A stretch of 4,110 bases of DNA from a virus (Duplodnaviria > Heunggongvirae > Uroviricota > Caudoviricetes): IMG/VR virus record IMGVR_UViG_2713896768_000025; one strand, 5' to 3'. Below the pieces are notes generated by a model. The model saw nothing but the letters and a program-made list of their open reading frames with translations. It did not search any database and was not told where the DNA came from. Position numbers and translations under genes: made by a program. Each line of letters starts with the position of its first letter. Within the stretch, counting starts at the first letter, position 1. Shown in pieces: positions 4,066 through 4,110 of the stretch.

Positions 4066-4110
4066 TCAGGCCAGCACGCCAATTGCCAGTGCACGATCGA
4101 TAAAACGAAA
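4066..4110 (-). CDS. 3' end of an upstream nin-region gene (unidentified); enters from beyond the window end
   Basis: The minus-strand frame is open from the window edge: ...FRFIDRALAIGVLA, then TGA (rc of 4066-4068), 17 nt upstream of the Q start. Only 14 codons are visible, so the product cannot be called. Confidence 0.35.
   Translation of the reverse strand, partial: FRFIDRALAIGVLA

Noticed and set aside
1-4110. CRISPR arrays, IS elements or transposase ends, integrase/att sites flanking the AT-rich cassette
   Set aside because: I found no repeat-spacer periodicity, no terminal inverted repeats and no flanking direct duplications at the cassette boundaries (about 2225-2313 and 3695-3706). 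The acquisition mechanism cannot be read from this window.

Overview
The window reads as the late-regulatory region of a lambdoid, Stx-phage-like prophage of an enterobacterium; this assignment is inferred from gene content. All backbone genes lie on the minus strand. In transcription order they are: the tail of an upstream gene (4110-4066), a short Q antiterminator (4048-3707), a small winged-helix protein (2047-1850), an AraC/XylS-family regulator of the AppY/GadX type (1716-1003), a three-tRNA cluster Ile(CAU)-Arg(UCG)-Arg(UCU) in the ileZ-argN-argO arrangement (974-723), about 530 bp of terminator-rich non-coding DNA, and the start of a DUF1737-type late gene (192-1). Four convincing and one weak rho-independent terminators face the minus direction, which fits a Q-antiterminated late operon. 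The outlier is a very AT-rich two-gene cassette on the plus strand (2314-3694), wedged between Q and the rest of the late region. It encodes a 281-aa soluble protein whose stop overlaps the start of a 182-aa four-TM membrane protein. Its sizes, gene order, topology and several motifs (compared from memory) resemble a very divergent lambda RexA/RexB phage-exclusion pair, here in a non-canonical location. This is the strongest candidate for a poorly described defence or exclusion system. All homology statements are recall-based and need profile or structure searches.
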